Part shown: piece by piece, positions 10,097-19,266 of the stretch
Position numbering within the stretch: position 1 is the first letter of the stretch
How the letters are laid out: the number at the start of each line of letters is the position of its first letter
Origin: Candidatus Latescibacterota bacterium
GTDB taxonomy: Bacteria > Latescibacterota > UBA2968
Assembly: GCA_965207885.1 (NCBI GenBank)
Contig: OZ242311.1
Coordinates: 1,536,001 to 1,600,000, forward strand
Length of the DNA: 64,000 nucleotides
Direction of reading: 5' to 3'
Made by a program: the position numbers and the translations under genes
The notes under the pieces: generated by a model
Databases searched by the model: none
Seen by the model: the letters and a program-made list of their open reading frames with translations, nothing else
What the model was told of the DNA's origin: nothing

Positions 10097-10119
10097 CGTG
10101 ATTCCTTTCTCTCACCTAT

Positions 10120-11727
10120 TTAAAACGTCGCACCACCAACGCGCTTGCGAAGCCGATTGCGAACCAGAATCGCCACCAGATTCAGAGCCAGTACAATCCC
10201 CATCAGCAATAAAGTCGTCGTATATACCATGGGGCGAGCCGCCTCGACATTGGGCGACTGGAAACCCACATCGTAAATGTGAAAACCCAGATGCATAAAT
10301 TTGCGTTCCAGGTGAAAAAAGGGCCAGATACCATCCACGGGCAATGCAGGAGCCAATTTCACAACGCCAGTAATCATCAGCGGAGCCACTTCGCCAGCAC
10401 CGCGTGCAATCACGAGAATAATGCCCGTGAGAATACCCGGCAAAGCGCCGGGCAAAACCACGCGCAAAATGGTCTGCAATTTGGTCGCCCCGAGTGCCAG
10501 CGACCCAGCACGCACATCGCTCGGCACAGCGGAAAGCGCTTCTTCGGCAGAAACAATCATCACCGGCACTGTCAGCAATGCCAGGGTCAACGAAGCCCAC
10601 AAAATGCCGCCAGTACCAAATGTGGGCGTGGGCAACGCCTCGGGAAAAAAGAACTGATCGATACTTCCGCCAATGCCGTAAACAAAAAATCCCAGGCCAA
10701 ACATCCCAAAAACAATAGAAGGTACACCCGCCAGATTATTAACCGCAATGCGAATCACTCTAACTAAGATACCTTGCCTGGCGTATTCGCGCAAATAGAG
10801 CGCGGCTAAGATACCAAATGGCACAGCCGCCAAACTCATCAAAAAAACCATCATAACAGTGCCAAAGATCGCGGGGAATACCCCACCTTCTGTATTGGAC
10901 TCACGGGGTTCATCAAATAAAAATTCCGCGACACGCGAAAAATAAACGCTCGTTTTTCCCAAAATTCCCAGTCGGTTAGGTCGATATGCACGCACGATAT
11001 CGGCCGTGGCAATCTGCCGCACCTCACCGCCAATTAACCGCACATCTATGCGGTAAACCTCGTTGGCTGCTCGCAATTGCGCCAGTTCGTCAGCCAATCG
11101 TTCATAAGCTTCCCAATAGGATCTGCTCTCTCGATCAATCGCGTCAATCTCATCGGTATCTCCATCACCCAATTCTATCTCGCGTTTTTTTAGTCGCAGG
11201 CTTTCAATTTGCCGATTTAAGTCGCCAATCGCATCTTTTTCAATTTGCCGAATCTGTTCGTGTCGTTCCCGGGTATTATCCAATTGCGCTTGTAGCATAT
11301 CCCATGTATTCAACACCTGGGTTTCACCTTCGTACAGAGCTTCGATAAACCCATAAAAATTGCCCCACTCACGCCGCTCAAAAACCACCGCATCTACGAG
11401 ATAATCCGTCGATTGAATATCCGATTCATCTATCCATTGAAAATCGCTGCCATACACATCGCGATTGCCCACTTTGAGCTGAATGCGAAATTGCCCGGAC
11501 CCCGTTCGATTCGACGCCGGAATCTCCTGTTTATCCCACCGCTGTCCCATTGCTTTCCGACCATCTTTGAGTATTACCGCTTCGATATCCGAGGGCCAAA
11601 AAAATCCAGTGCCATTGTACATAACCAGCGCGATCAGCCCTATAATCATGAGCAAACAAAGCGCCAGCGCGCTACCGGTCAACCAGATAAATGGCACACC
11701 TGTTTTCCAAAAATTCTTCACATCCAT
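10120..11727 (-). CDS. pstA: Phosphate ABC transporter permease PstA (long form with periplasmic insertion)
   Basis: PRESNTEGGVFPAIFGT, NLAGVPSIVFG, ARGAGEVAPL. Confidence 0.95.
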   Translation of the reverse strand: MDVKNFWKTGVPFIWLTGSALALCLLMIIGLIALVMYNGTGFFWPSDIEAVILKDGRKAMGQRWDKQEIPASNRTGSGQFRIQLKVGNRDVYGSDFQWIDESDIQSTDYLVDAVVFERREWGNFYGFIEALYEGETQVLNTWDMLQAQLDNTRERHEQIRQIEKDAIGDLNRQIESLRLKKREIELGDGDTDEIDAIDRESRSYWEAYERLADELAQLRAANEVYRIDVRLIGGEVRQIATADIVRAYRPNRLGILGKTSVYFSRVAEFLFDEPRESNTEGGVFPAIFGTVMMVFLMSLAAVPFGILAALYLREYARQGILVRVIRIAVNNLAGVPSIVFGMFGLGFFVYGIGGSIDQFFFPEALPTPTFGTGGILWASLTLALLTVPVMIVSAEEALSAVPSDVRAGSLALGATKLQTILRVVLPGALPGILTGIILVIARGAGEVAPLMITGVVKLAPALPVDGIWPFFHLERKFMHLGFHIYDVGFQSPNVEAARPMVYTTTLLLMGIVLALNLVAILVRNRLRKRVGGATF

Positions 11728-11737
11728 CTCCAGAACA

Positions 11738-13978
11738 TCAAATCCTGCTATACTTCTCGCGCAAACGCTGCCGCACCACTTCTGCCAGCGTATTCACCAA
11801 AAAAGTAATCGCCGCCAGCAAAACCCCTGTCAAAAACAACACGCGATAAAGCGTACCTTCATGGGGTGCTTCGGGAATCTCCACGGCGATATTGGCCGAC
11901 ATCGTGCGCATGCCATTAAAAATGGTCCAATCCAAAATCGGCGTATTGCCCGTAGCCATCAACACAATCATCGTTTCTCCCACAGCGCGGCCAAATCCAA
12001 TCATAGTCGCGGAAAAAATACCCGGGCTCGCCGTGGGCAACACCACGCGGATAGCCGTTTGCCATGGCGTTGCGCCCAGCGCGAGTGATCCAGCGCGCAG
12101 ATGCTGTGGCACGCTCGACAGAGCATCTTCGCAGATCGTGTAAATAATGGGTACCACGGCAAATCCCATCGCAAAGCCCACCACCAGACAATTGCGCTGA
12201 TCGTAGCGCGTACCCGTTGTGCCGAGCAGCCAGCTTTGAAAATTGCCGCCGAACAAAAGCGATTCGGCCAAAGGACCGAGTGCGAACGACAGATAGAGCG
12301 AAAACAACGCGATGCCAGCCAGCAAAGTTAGAATCCAGTGATCCGGTATTCTGCGTGCAAAATCTTCGGACATCTGTCCCCAGCCCCAGGCACATATCAC
12401 CACGACAATGGGCACACAGGGCAACAACAACAGGGCACCGACGATCCTCGTTTCCAGCAGCGGTGCCAGCCACAAACCAGCCAAAAAACCCAGAATCACA
12501 CTGGGAAGCGAAGCCATCAACTCCACCACGGGTTTGACCACACCACGCACGTTGGGAGAGGCAAATTCCGATGTGTAAATCGCTGCCAAAATAGCCAGAG
12601 GCAACGCGAATAACATCGCATAAAGCGTACCCTTAAAGGTACCAAATATCAAAGGTACAATACTCAGCTTAGGCTCAAAATCATCCGATCCACCCGTAGA
12701 TTGCCACACGTATTGAGGCTCCGTATATCCCTCGTACCACACTTTGCCAAAAAGTGTTTGTAACGTCACTTCGGGATGTGAATTTTGGAGGTCGAAATCC
12801 GTCACCTGTCCCGACTTACTCACAGTCAAAAAGCCATTTGCTTTTGGCGCAAAAGACAGGGATTGAATGGGTCTATCACCGGGCAATTGAAAAAACGTTT
12901 GTTCCGATGTCATGTGATGCAACGCAACCATCCCCGATACATCGCCCGATAAAAACTGTTTGTCGCGAGCAGACGACGCCAGTGCAGTCACCGCCGCCGG
13001 ATGAGACTGCAAAGTGTGGATCCTTTTGAACACCCTTTTATTGTCGCCCTCGCTCGTTCTGACGGGCATCCAGACAGACACACGACCACCCACATCGCCC
13101 ACGACGAGCGACACATCGCCCAGCACAAAATCCAACGCAGACACCTCCTGATCGGAAACCCGAAAATAATCCAACAACCTGGGATTGGAACTCGCCCGTC
13201 CAATTTCCCATCGAAATACTTCACCGCGGTCTGTGCCCACCAGAACATAGCGTCCCGATTTTGCCACGGCACCCACCCTGGCGCGCCCTTTGATCTCATC
13301 GGTCAAATCGTATGTGCGAACAGTCGTTTTGCCATCACCTAAAAGTCCTCGCTGTCTTTCGGAAATTCCCAAAACGAGTTGCCCGGAATCCGCAATGCCA
13401 AGTACTGTGCCGCGGGACTTTCCATCGTGTCGAAATACGAGATGCACAAGAGCTTCATCAGTTAAATCCATCGACGACTCAACTGAAAAAGACGGCGTCA
13501 CAATCTGCTTTCCCTCCGCATCGTAATCCACGGCAAAATTCACGCGGCAACCCAGCATTGTACCGTCATCCAGGCCCAGGCCAACATGCGTGTTATCCAG
13601 AGCGCGATAAGCCGCTCGAATGCGCCGTCCCTGTAGTTCAGGAATAGACACAGACTTTATCACCGACTTTGTAGTCATATCCAAAAAATCAATCCCCGCT
13701 TCATGCACGACAAACATCACTGCCTGATAGGGATCAACCCCCGTACACAGGACCGGCTGACGGTGCGAAAAATCAAAGGTATGCGCCCTGGACGCGCTCG
13801 GCTTCAAAAACAGGGGATAGGACTCCATCAACACAAAAAGAAAAATGCCCAGCACCGACAGGATCACCCCGATGCCGCCAGCAGTGATCACCCACCGTCC
13901 AGCGCGGTCCATCAGGCGTGCCTTTGGCGTGATGCCGGGCAATTGTCGCTTTGATGTTGGTTCTGTGGGAAGAAACAT
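11738..13978 (-). CDS. pstC: Phosphate ABC transporter permease PstC (long form with WD40-like periplasmic domain)
   Basis: KVWYEGY..P.YVWQSTGGSDDFEPKLS, ELMASLPSV, GRAVGETMIVLMATGNTP; WD-like GD..G.V.VW repeats. Confidence 0.93.
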   Translation of the reverse strand: MFLPTEPTSKRQLPGITPKARLMDRAGRWVITAGGIGVILSVLGIFLFVLMESYPLFLKPSASRAHTFDFSHRQPVLCTGVDPYQAVMFVVHEAGIDFLDMTTKSVIKSVSIPELQGRRIRAAYRALDNTHVGLGLDDGTMLGCRVNFAVDYDAEGKQIVTPSFSVESSMDLTDEALVHLVFRHDGKSRGTVLGIADSGQLVLGISERQRGLLGDGKTTVRTYDLTDEIKGRARVGAVAKSGRYVLVGTDRGEVFRWEIGRASSNPRLLDYFRVSDQEVSALDFVLGDVSLVVGDVGGRVSVWMPVRTSEGDNKRVFKRIHTLQSHPAAVTALASSARDKQFLSGDVSGMVALHHMTSEQTFFQLPGDRPIQSLSFAPKANGFLTVSKSGQVTDFDLQNSHPEVTLQTLFGKVWYEGYTEPQYVWQSTGGSDDFEPKLSIVPLIFGTFKGTLYAMLFALPLAILAAIYTSEFASPNVRGVVKPVVELMASLPSVILGFLAGLWLAPLLETRIVGALLLLPCVPIVVVICAWGWGQMSEDFARRIPDHWILTLLAGIALFSLYLSFALGPLAESLLFGGNFQSWLLGTTGTRYDQRNCLVVGFAMGFAVVPIIYTICEDALSSVPQHLRAGSLALGATPWQTAIRVVLPTASPGIFSATMIGFGRAVGETMIVLMATGNTPILDWTIFNGMRTMSANIAVEIPEAPHEGTLYRVLFLTGVLLAAITFLVNTLAEVVRQRLREKYSRI

Positions 13979-13984
13979 AATAAA

Positions 13985-14086
13985 GGTGAGACGTAAGAGG
14001 TTAGAAGTGAGAGAACAGAGACTGGGGACGGGTCGTAGCTATTACGTCTCAGGAAGAGGGGCTGGGTGGCCCTCTAACGTCTCACC
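13985..14086. repeat. Intergenic inverted-repeat element built of degenerate heptamers
   Basis: GGTGAGACGTAAGAGG (13985-14000) vs CCTCTAACGTCTCACC (14071-14086), 15/16 complementary; heptamers GTGAGAC-GTAAGAG-GTTAGAA-GTGAGAG; alternative partner TTACGTCTCA at 14042-14051. Confidence 0.7.
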
Positions 14087-14094
14087 GCTGGGAG

Positions 14095-15072
14095 TCAGGG
14101 ATTTAAGGTGGGGAATTGTAACTTCTCAAGTTCCTCTTTAACCACCTGATAGGGCACGGGCATATAGCCATCTTTAACGACAATCTCTTGCCCCTCTTTG
14201 GAGAAAATGAATTTACAAAATTCTCTCACGAGCGGATCGAGAGGTTTATTGGGTGCCTTGTTGATGTACAAATACAAAAAACGCCCCAGAGGATAAGATC
14301 CATCTATAACATTTTCTATCGTGCCCTCTCTAAAGGGTTCGCCAGTTTCCAACGCCAGAGGTACAACGCGCACGCCAGATGTCCTGTAACCAATGCCACT
14401 ATAACCAATACTATACCTGTCTTCGGCCACGCCCTGCACAACCGAAGCAGACCCCGGTTGCTCTTTTACTTCATCTTTGAAATCACCTTTAAACAGAGCG
14501 TGGTCTTTGAAGAAACCATAAGTGCCCGATGCAGAATTGCGCCCGTACAGGCTGAATGCGGCATTCCTCCAATCGCCTTCCAAACCCAACTGCCCCCATC
14601 TCGTCACATTTTCCCTGTAATCTCCGCGTCGCGTCTTAGAAAAAATCGCATCTACCTGCTGCAAAGTCAACCCATTAATCGGGTTGTCTTTATTGACAAA
14701 AACAGCCAGTGCATCCAACGAGATGCGCAACACCGTTGGCGGATATCCAAAATGCTTTTCAAATTTGTCAATTTCCGAAGCCTTCATCGCACGCGACATA
14801 GGCCCGAATTGCGCGGTACCTTCAATCAGCGCGGGAGGTGCAGTGCTCGACCCCTTGCCCTCGACTTGAATTGTCACATTGGGATAGTGTTTGCGAAAGC
14901 CTTCCAACCAGAGGGTCATCAAATTATTCATCGTATCTGACCCAATGCTATTAGCACTTCCGGAAATCCCACTCACTTTTTGATACGCGGAAACAGGAGA
15001 ATCCTGCTGTGCCTGAGCCGCAGCCTGTGTCAAAACAGCCACACATGCGATCATACAAATAAATCTGGTCAT
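14095..15072 (-). CDS. pstS: Phosphate ABC transporter substrate-binding protein
   Basis: Signal peptide; GSDTMNNL, EGKGSSTAPPAL, YGRNSASGTYGFFK, GYSGIGY. Confidence 0.97.
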   Translation of the reverse strand: MTRFICMIACVAVLTQAAAQAQQDSPVSAYQKVSGISGSANSIGSDTMNNLMTLWLEGFRKHYPNVTIQVEGKGSSTAPPALIEGTAQFGPMSRAMKASEIDKFEKHFGYPPTVLRISLDALAVFVNKDNPINGLTLQQVDAIFSKTRRGDYRENVTRWGQLGLEGDWRNAAFSLYGRNSASGTYGFFKDHALFKGDFKDEVKEQPGSASVVQGVAEDRYSIGYSGIGYRTSGVRVVPLALETGEPFREGTIENVIDGSYPLGRFLYLYINKAPNKPLDPLVREFCKFIFSKEGQEIVVKDGYMPVPYQVVKEELEKLQFPTLNP

Positions 15073-15124
15073 TCAATCTCTCCTAGCGTAGTGTTATAGC
15101 CTGAAAAAAATAAACCTGTATCGC

Positions 15125-15162
15125 GTTACACAGATGACGAAAACACGACATTTATGTGATAA
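15125..15162 (-). promoter_or_regulatory. Weak Pho-box-like array upstream of pstS
   Basis: Minus strand TTATCAC-N4-ATGTCGT-N4-TCGTCAT at 11-bp period, plus an off-register TGTAAC. Confidence 0.4.
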
Positions 15163-16116
15163 TCAAAACCTGACATATAGCGTTAGCCGGGGAACCATCT
15201 CAATATCCACATCTGGAGCCTGAAAATTTGTGGCCATCACATTGGGCATAATGTGAATATCCTTTACCGGTTCAATGTCAAGCCCTCCGAGAAAGCAATA
15301 TTCCCCATCGTCGTCAGACTTATCGTCTGGATCAAAGAAATCGCTACGAGCAAACACCTTTATCTTCTCGCTAATCTGTCCTGAGCCGAACAGTGAAAGT
15401 CCTCGCATCTGTGCGGTATGGTTGCGCCAGTGCACAAAGGCTTCCAATCCACCGTGGAAAATTTTCTTTTTCCACCCAATAAACGTAGCCAAAGTCGTGC
15501 GATCTAGATTGCCTGCGCGTTTTTCCCAATCTACATAAGTCGTCACATTCAGGGTACCAGGCTCAAAATGCAACAGACCGTAAACTTTCTTGTAGTGATC
15601 TGACTCGGACTGCTGTCCGCTGCCATTGGCCAGCATAATCTGGGCATTTAACTTTCCAGCTTCATCCAATCGCGCGCGATATGCAATGCCTATATCAGCC
15701 GAAGAGGCAACTTTTTTTCTATCCATGAGGGTCTTCTCGACCGAGCGATAACCCCAAACAGACTCCGATACGTTCCATGTTGGCGTACCCGACAGCCCCA
15801 TATAGAGCGCATGGCCATTTTTGCGATAGCGCAAATACGCGTGCTTTACAAAGGGTTCTATTTTCTTTTCGCTATTAAATCCCGCATCCTTGGCTTCCAG
15901 CCGAACCCGTCCAGAAAAAGCATCACTCCACTTCAGGTCATGGGTGAGATAAATGCGTCGAAACCTAAAGCCATTTTCTTCTTCTCCATTTCCTCTGACG
16001 ATATAATAATCGGCAAACATAACACCCTGAAGCCTGGTATCTACAGCTTCACCCCGTCCCGCCAAAACAAAACCCAAACACAACAGTATTCCCCAAATTG
16101 CTTTACAAATGCGCAT
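15163..16116 (-). CDS. Outer-membrane porin, probably phosphate-selective (OprO/OprP-like)
   Basis: Likely start MRICK at 16116 (RBS AAGGGAG); signal peptide, FRFRRIYL, KHAYL, SSADIG, C-terminal Phe; first gene of the pst cluster. Confidence 0.8.
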   Translation of the reverse strand: MRICKAIWGILLCLGFVLAGRGEAVDTRLQGVMFADYYIVRGNGEEENGFRFRRIYLTHDLKWSDAFSGRVRLEAKDAGFNSEKKIEPFVKHAYLRYRKNGHALYMGLSGTPTWNVSESVWGYRSVEKTLMDRKKVASSADIGIAYRARLDEAGKLNAQIMLANGSGQQSESDHYKKVYGLLHFEPGTLNVTTYVDWEKRAGNLDRTTLATFIGWKKKIFHGGLEAFVHWRNHTAQMRGLSLFGSGQISEKIKVFARSDFFDPDDKSDDDGEYCFLGGLDIEPVKDIHIMPNVMATNFQAPDVDIEMVPRLTLYVRF

Positions 16117-16160
16117 TTGCTCTCCCTTCGAATTGGTGAATAAACGACGTTCTCCGCGAT

Positions 16161-16237
16161 AAGATATCGCTATAATGTTACAAATCGCCTCCAAAACAGT
16201 TACGCTTTGGTCACAAAAACGTGACATTTTTGTTACA
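16161..16237 (-). promoter_or_regulatory. Pho-box array and -10 of the porin-pst operon
   Basis: Plus-strand hexamers at 16177, 16199, 16210, 16221, 16232 (exact 11-bp period; minus strand TGTAAC/CGTAAC/TGTGAC/TGTCAC/TGTAAC); last box 10 nt upstream of TATCTT. Confidence 0.75.
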
Positions 16238-16293
16238 AATACGCCATTTCATCCTTTCTTCGGGGATTCTTCCCGCTAACTCTCTTCTCAAAA

Positions 16294-16331
16294 GAAAAGG
16301 TCGGATGGATTTTTGCCCATCCGACCTTTTC
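16294..16331. terminator. Strong bidirectional terminator-like hairpin in a divergent intergenic region
   Basis: Perfect 15-bp stem GAAAAGGTCGGATGG/CCATCCGACCTTTTC, 8-nt loop. Confidence 0.6.
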
Positions 16332-16351
16332 CTCAAGATCGCCGTTTTTAT

Positions 16352-16381
16352 TTGACAAACTGCTCTATATCGCATTATAAT
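16352..16381 (+). promoter_or_regulatory. Consensus sigma70 promoter of ppk1
   Basis: TTGACA-18 nt-TATAAT ending 47 nt upstream of the ATG. Confidence 0.7.
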
Positions 16382-16427
16382 ACCTGACATTTAACGCAAT
16401 TCCGTCGCCTCTTCCCCGGAGTGTGTT

Positions 16428-18548
16428 ATGGACCTCGGCGATACCAGTCTCTATCTCAATAGAGAACTTTCATGGCTGCGTTTTAATCAGCGCGTATTAC
16501 AAGAAGCCCGCACCCCTGAAAATCCCCTGCTGGAACGAGTCAAATTCCTGGGCATCGTGGCCAACAACCTCGACGAATTTTTTGAAGTGCGCGTAGCGGG
16601 ACTGCTCCAACAAGTAGAAGCGGGCATTTCCGACTACGGCCCCGATGGCCTCCTCCCCGAAGAACAAATTTCAGCCATTGCAAAAGAAGCCCATCGCATG
16701 GTCGATGAGCAATACGCCTGCTGGAACGACGAACTCCTTCCCGCATTGCGCGATGCAGATGTCCACATTCGCACCATCAGTACGCTTTCTGCCCGCGAAA
16801 AATCCTTCCTCGACGACTATTGCCACGCAGAACTCTACCCGGTTTTAACTCCGCTCACCATCAGCCCTGCACACCCATTACCACGCCTGATTAACAAAGC
16901 CCTTTGCATCGCCCTTTTGCTCAAAAATCGCGAAGGCGAAACACTGCTCGGCGTCGTGCAGGTTCCTCGTCTATTGCCGCGTCTGATTCGCTTGCCCCGA
17001 GAAGAAGACAGCCAGCGCATCGACTTCGTCTTTCTCGCAGATATTGTCCAGGCACACATTCCCGAACTTTTCCGGGGATATCAAATTCTCGACTCGGCTG
17101 CATTCCGCATCACCCGAAACAGCGATCTCTACCTGGACGAAGAAGAAGCCGATGACTTATTGCTCGCCATTGAAGACGAATTGCAAAATCGGCGCAAAGG
17201 CGACACCGTCCGCCTCGAAATCGAAGCCGATGCCAGTCGGGCACTTGTCAAGCGCTTACAATCGACATATAGTCTGAAAAACAATCAGGTGTATCAAGTC
17301 AACGGACCGGTGAATCTCAACCGTTTAATGGGACTCTATAGCGCGACCCCCAGACCCGATTTGAAATATTTACCCTATCACCCGCCCGACCACACGTATG
17401 AGGAAGTCGATACCCTCTTTGACCAGATCAAACAAAAAGATATGTTGCTTCACCATCCCTACGATGCTTTTACACCCGTTGTTCAATTCGTCAATTCAGC
17501 GGCAACCGACCCCGATGTGCTCGCCATCAAACAGACGCTCTATCGCACCAGCGAAGATTCCCCCGTTATCGATGCACTGATTCGCGCAGCAGAAGCGGGC
17601 AAAGAAGTAACTGTGGTAGTTGAACTCAAAGCGCGATTTGACGAAGCATCCAATATTCGATGGGCGCGGCGCCTTCAGGATGCGGGTGTATGCGTCGTAT
17701 ATGGTGTCGTGGGCCTTAAAACGCACTGCAAACTCTCGATGCTGGTCAGGCGCGAAGCCAATAACGGGCTACGCCGCTACGCCCACATCGGCACGGGCAA
17801 TTACAATCCCTCAACAGCCCGACTTTATACGGACCTGGGATTGTTCACAGCACGCGAAGACATCACAAATGATGTAGCCGAAGTTTTTAACCTGCTCACC
17901 ACGCAATCTGCACATCCCCAGGTCAGCAAAATGCTCATTGCACCCTCTACCATGCTCGATTCCATCCTCAAAAAAATCGATCGCGAAATCGACCATGCAC
18001 GCCAGGGACGCACAGCCCGTATTGTTGCAAAAATGAATTCACTTCAAGACCCCAAAGTCATTCGCGCGCTGTATCGCGCATCGCAAAACGGCGTACAAAT
18101 TGACCTGATCGTGCGCGGTATATGCTGTCTGCGTGCGGGTGTCTCCGGTATAAGCGATAACATCAGAGTGCGCAGCATCATCGGGCGCTTTTTGGAACAC
18201 AGCCGCGTCTATTACTTTGAAAATGACGGAAATCCCGATGTGTACATTGGCAGTGCGGATTGGATGCCTCGAAATTTGCGCCGCCGCGTTGAAACACTTT
18301 GCCCCATCGAAGATCCGGATTTGATTACACGAATAAAATCAGAACTCCTCAGTGCATGTTTTGCCGACAATGTCAAATCGCGCGAAATACTCCCCGATGG
18401 CACAGACCGTCACATTGAATCCGCCCAAAACGAACCCGCATTCTGCGTGCACGACAAGCTCATGAATCTATCTTTGGGTGAACCCGTCGATATCCCCGAC
18501 TTCTTTGCCCAAACACCATCCTCAATCGAATCGACCGCTGCCACTTAA
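16428..18548 (+). CDS. ppk1: Polyphosphate kinase 1
   Basis: NRELSWL.FN.RVL, NLDEFFEVRVAG, LHHPY, ELKARFDE, KTHCK, GRFLEHSR, SADWMPRNL. Confidence 0.98.
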   Translation: MDLGDTSLYLNRELSWLRFNQRVLQEARTPENPLLERVKFLGIVANNLDEFFEVRVAGLLQQVEAGISDYGPDGLLPEEQISAIAKEAHRMVDEQYACWNDELLPALRDADVHIRTISTLSAREKSFLDDYCHAELYPVLTPLTISPAHPLPRLINKALCIALLLKNREGETLLGVVQVPRLLPRLIRLPREEDSQRIDFVFLADIVQAHIPELFRGYQILDSAAFRITRNSDLYLDEEEADDLLLAIEDELQNRRKGDTVRLEIEADASRALVKRLQSTYSLKNNQVYQVNGPVNLNRLMGLYSATPRPDLKYLPYHPPDHTYEEVDTLFDQIKQKDMLLHHPYDAFTPVVQFVNSAATDPDVLAIKQTLYRTSEDSPVIDALIRAAEAGKEVTVVVELKARFDEASNIRWARRLQDAGVCVVYGVVGLKTHCKLSMLVRREANNGLRRYAHIGTGNYNPSTARLYTDLGLFTAREDITNDVAEVFNLLTTQSAHPQVSKMLIAPSTMLDSILKKIDREIDHARQGRTARIVAKMNSLQDPKVIRALYRASQNGVQIDLIVRGICCLRAGVSGISDNIRVRSIIGRFLEHSRVYYFENDGNPDVYIGSADWMPRNLRRRVETLCPIEDPDLITRIKSELLSACFADNVKSREILPDGTDRHIESAQNEPAFCVHDKLMNLSLGEPVDIPDFFAQTPSSIESTAAT

Positions 18549-19220
18549 ATGCAGCCCCACCAGACGCGCAACCAGCACCGCCAGATAGGTTTGTCCCCAA
18601 ACAGCTTCCAAAACAGCCATATTTTTCGCCATCCGGCTTATAGGCATTATATCCCCATAGCCCAGAGTGGTCATTGTTATAAAAGAAAAATAAATTAGAT
18701 CTGAAAACGCACCCACGACATGATCCGAAAACAAAATCGCATCTGGATCAAATAATAACAGAGTTTGATAAAGAAATGCCCAAAACACGCCGCTTAAAAA
18801 ATAAATGGCTATTCCCCCTTGAATAGAATCTATAGTAACCGTCGTCTCTGAGAAAATCCGGTGCAAAAAGATGAGAAGGCATATCCCGTAAAACAGGGTA
18901 TAAGTACCCATTTTTCCCATCTCAAACACTCTGAATACTGCCCCAGAGAGATCAATATTGTGGATAAGTAAATGAAAGCCAAATCCCATAATTCCGGGCA
19001 CCAAACACAACGTCAATAACCATCTGGGAAGGCCTAAAGTCCAGAGCACTGTGGCCAGGAGCATTAAGAAGAGAAACCGTGCAAAATCCTGTCCTGCGCG
19101 GTCTAACAATGGCATTGCAAAAAAAAGAAAAACCACTGAAAGGGCGAGAATAGTGTATTTGTAGGTCGAAAAGTGCTCCCAGAATTTCAAATCTGGTCCT
19201 CTACTATTTGATCTCTCCAC
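18522..19220 (-). CDS. Potassium-channel-like (Ion_trans_2) membrane protein
   Basis: Multiple TM segments, YFSFITMTTLGYGDI.P pore motif, LVARLVG; overlaps the ppk1 3' end by 27 bp. Confidence 0.88.
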   Translation of the reverse strand: MERSNSRGPDLKFWEHFSTYKYTILALSVVFLFFAMPLLDRAGQDFARFLFLMLLATVLWTLGLPRWLLTLCLVPGIMGFGFHLLIHNIDLSGAVFRVFEMGKMGTYTLFYGICLLIFLHRIFSETTVTIDSIQGGIAIYFLSGVFWAFLYQTLLLFDPDAILFSDHVVGAFSDLIYFSFITMTTLGYGDIMPISRMAKNMAVLEAVWGQTYLAVLVARLVGLHLSGSGRFD

Positions 19221-19266
19221 GCCGGTCCTCCATTACTCCTCTCTCCATCCCCACCACGCTCCCCAA

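Noticed and set aside
16117-16227. N-terminal extension of the porin ORF
   Set aside because: It runs through the Pho-box promoter; the signal peptide and RBS fit ATG 16116.
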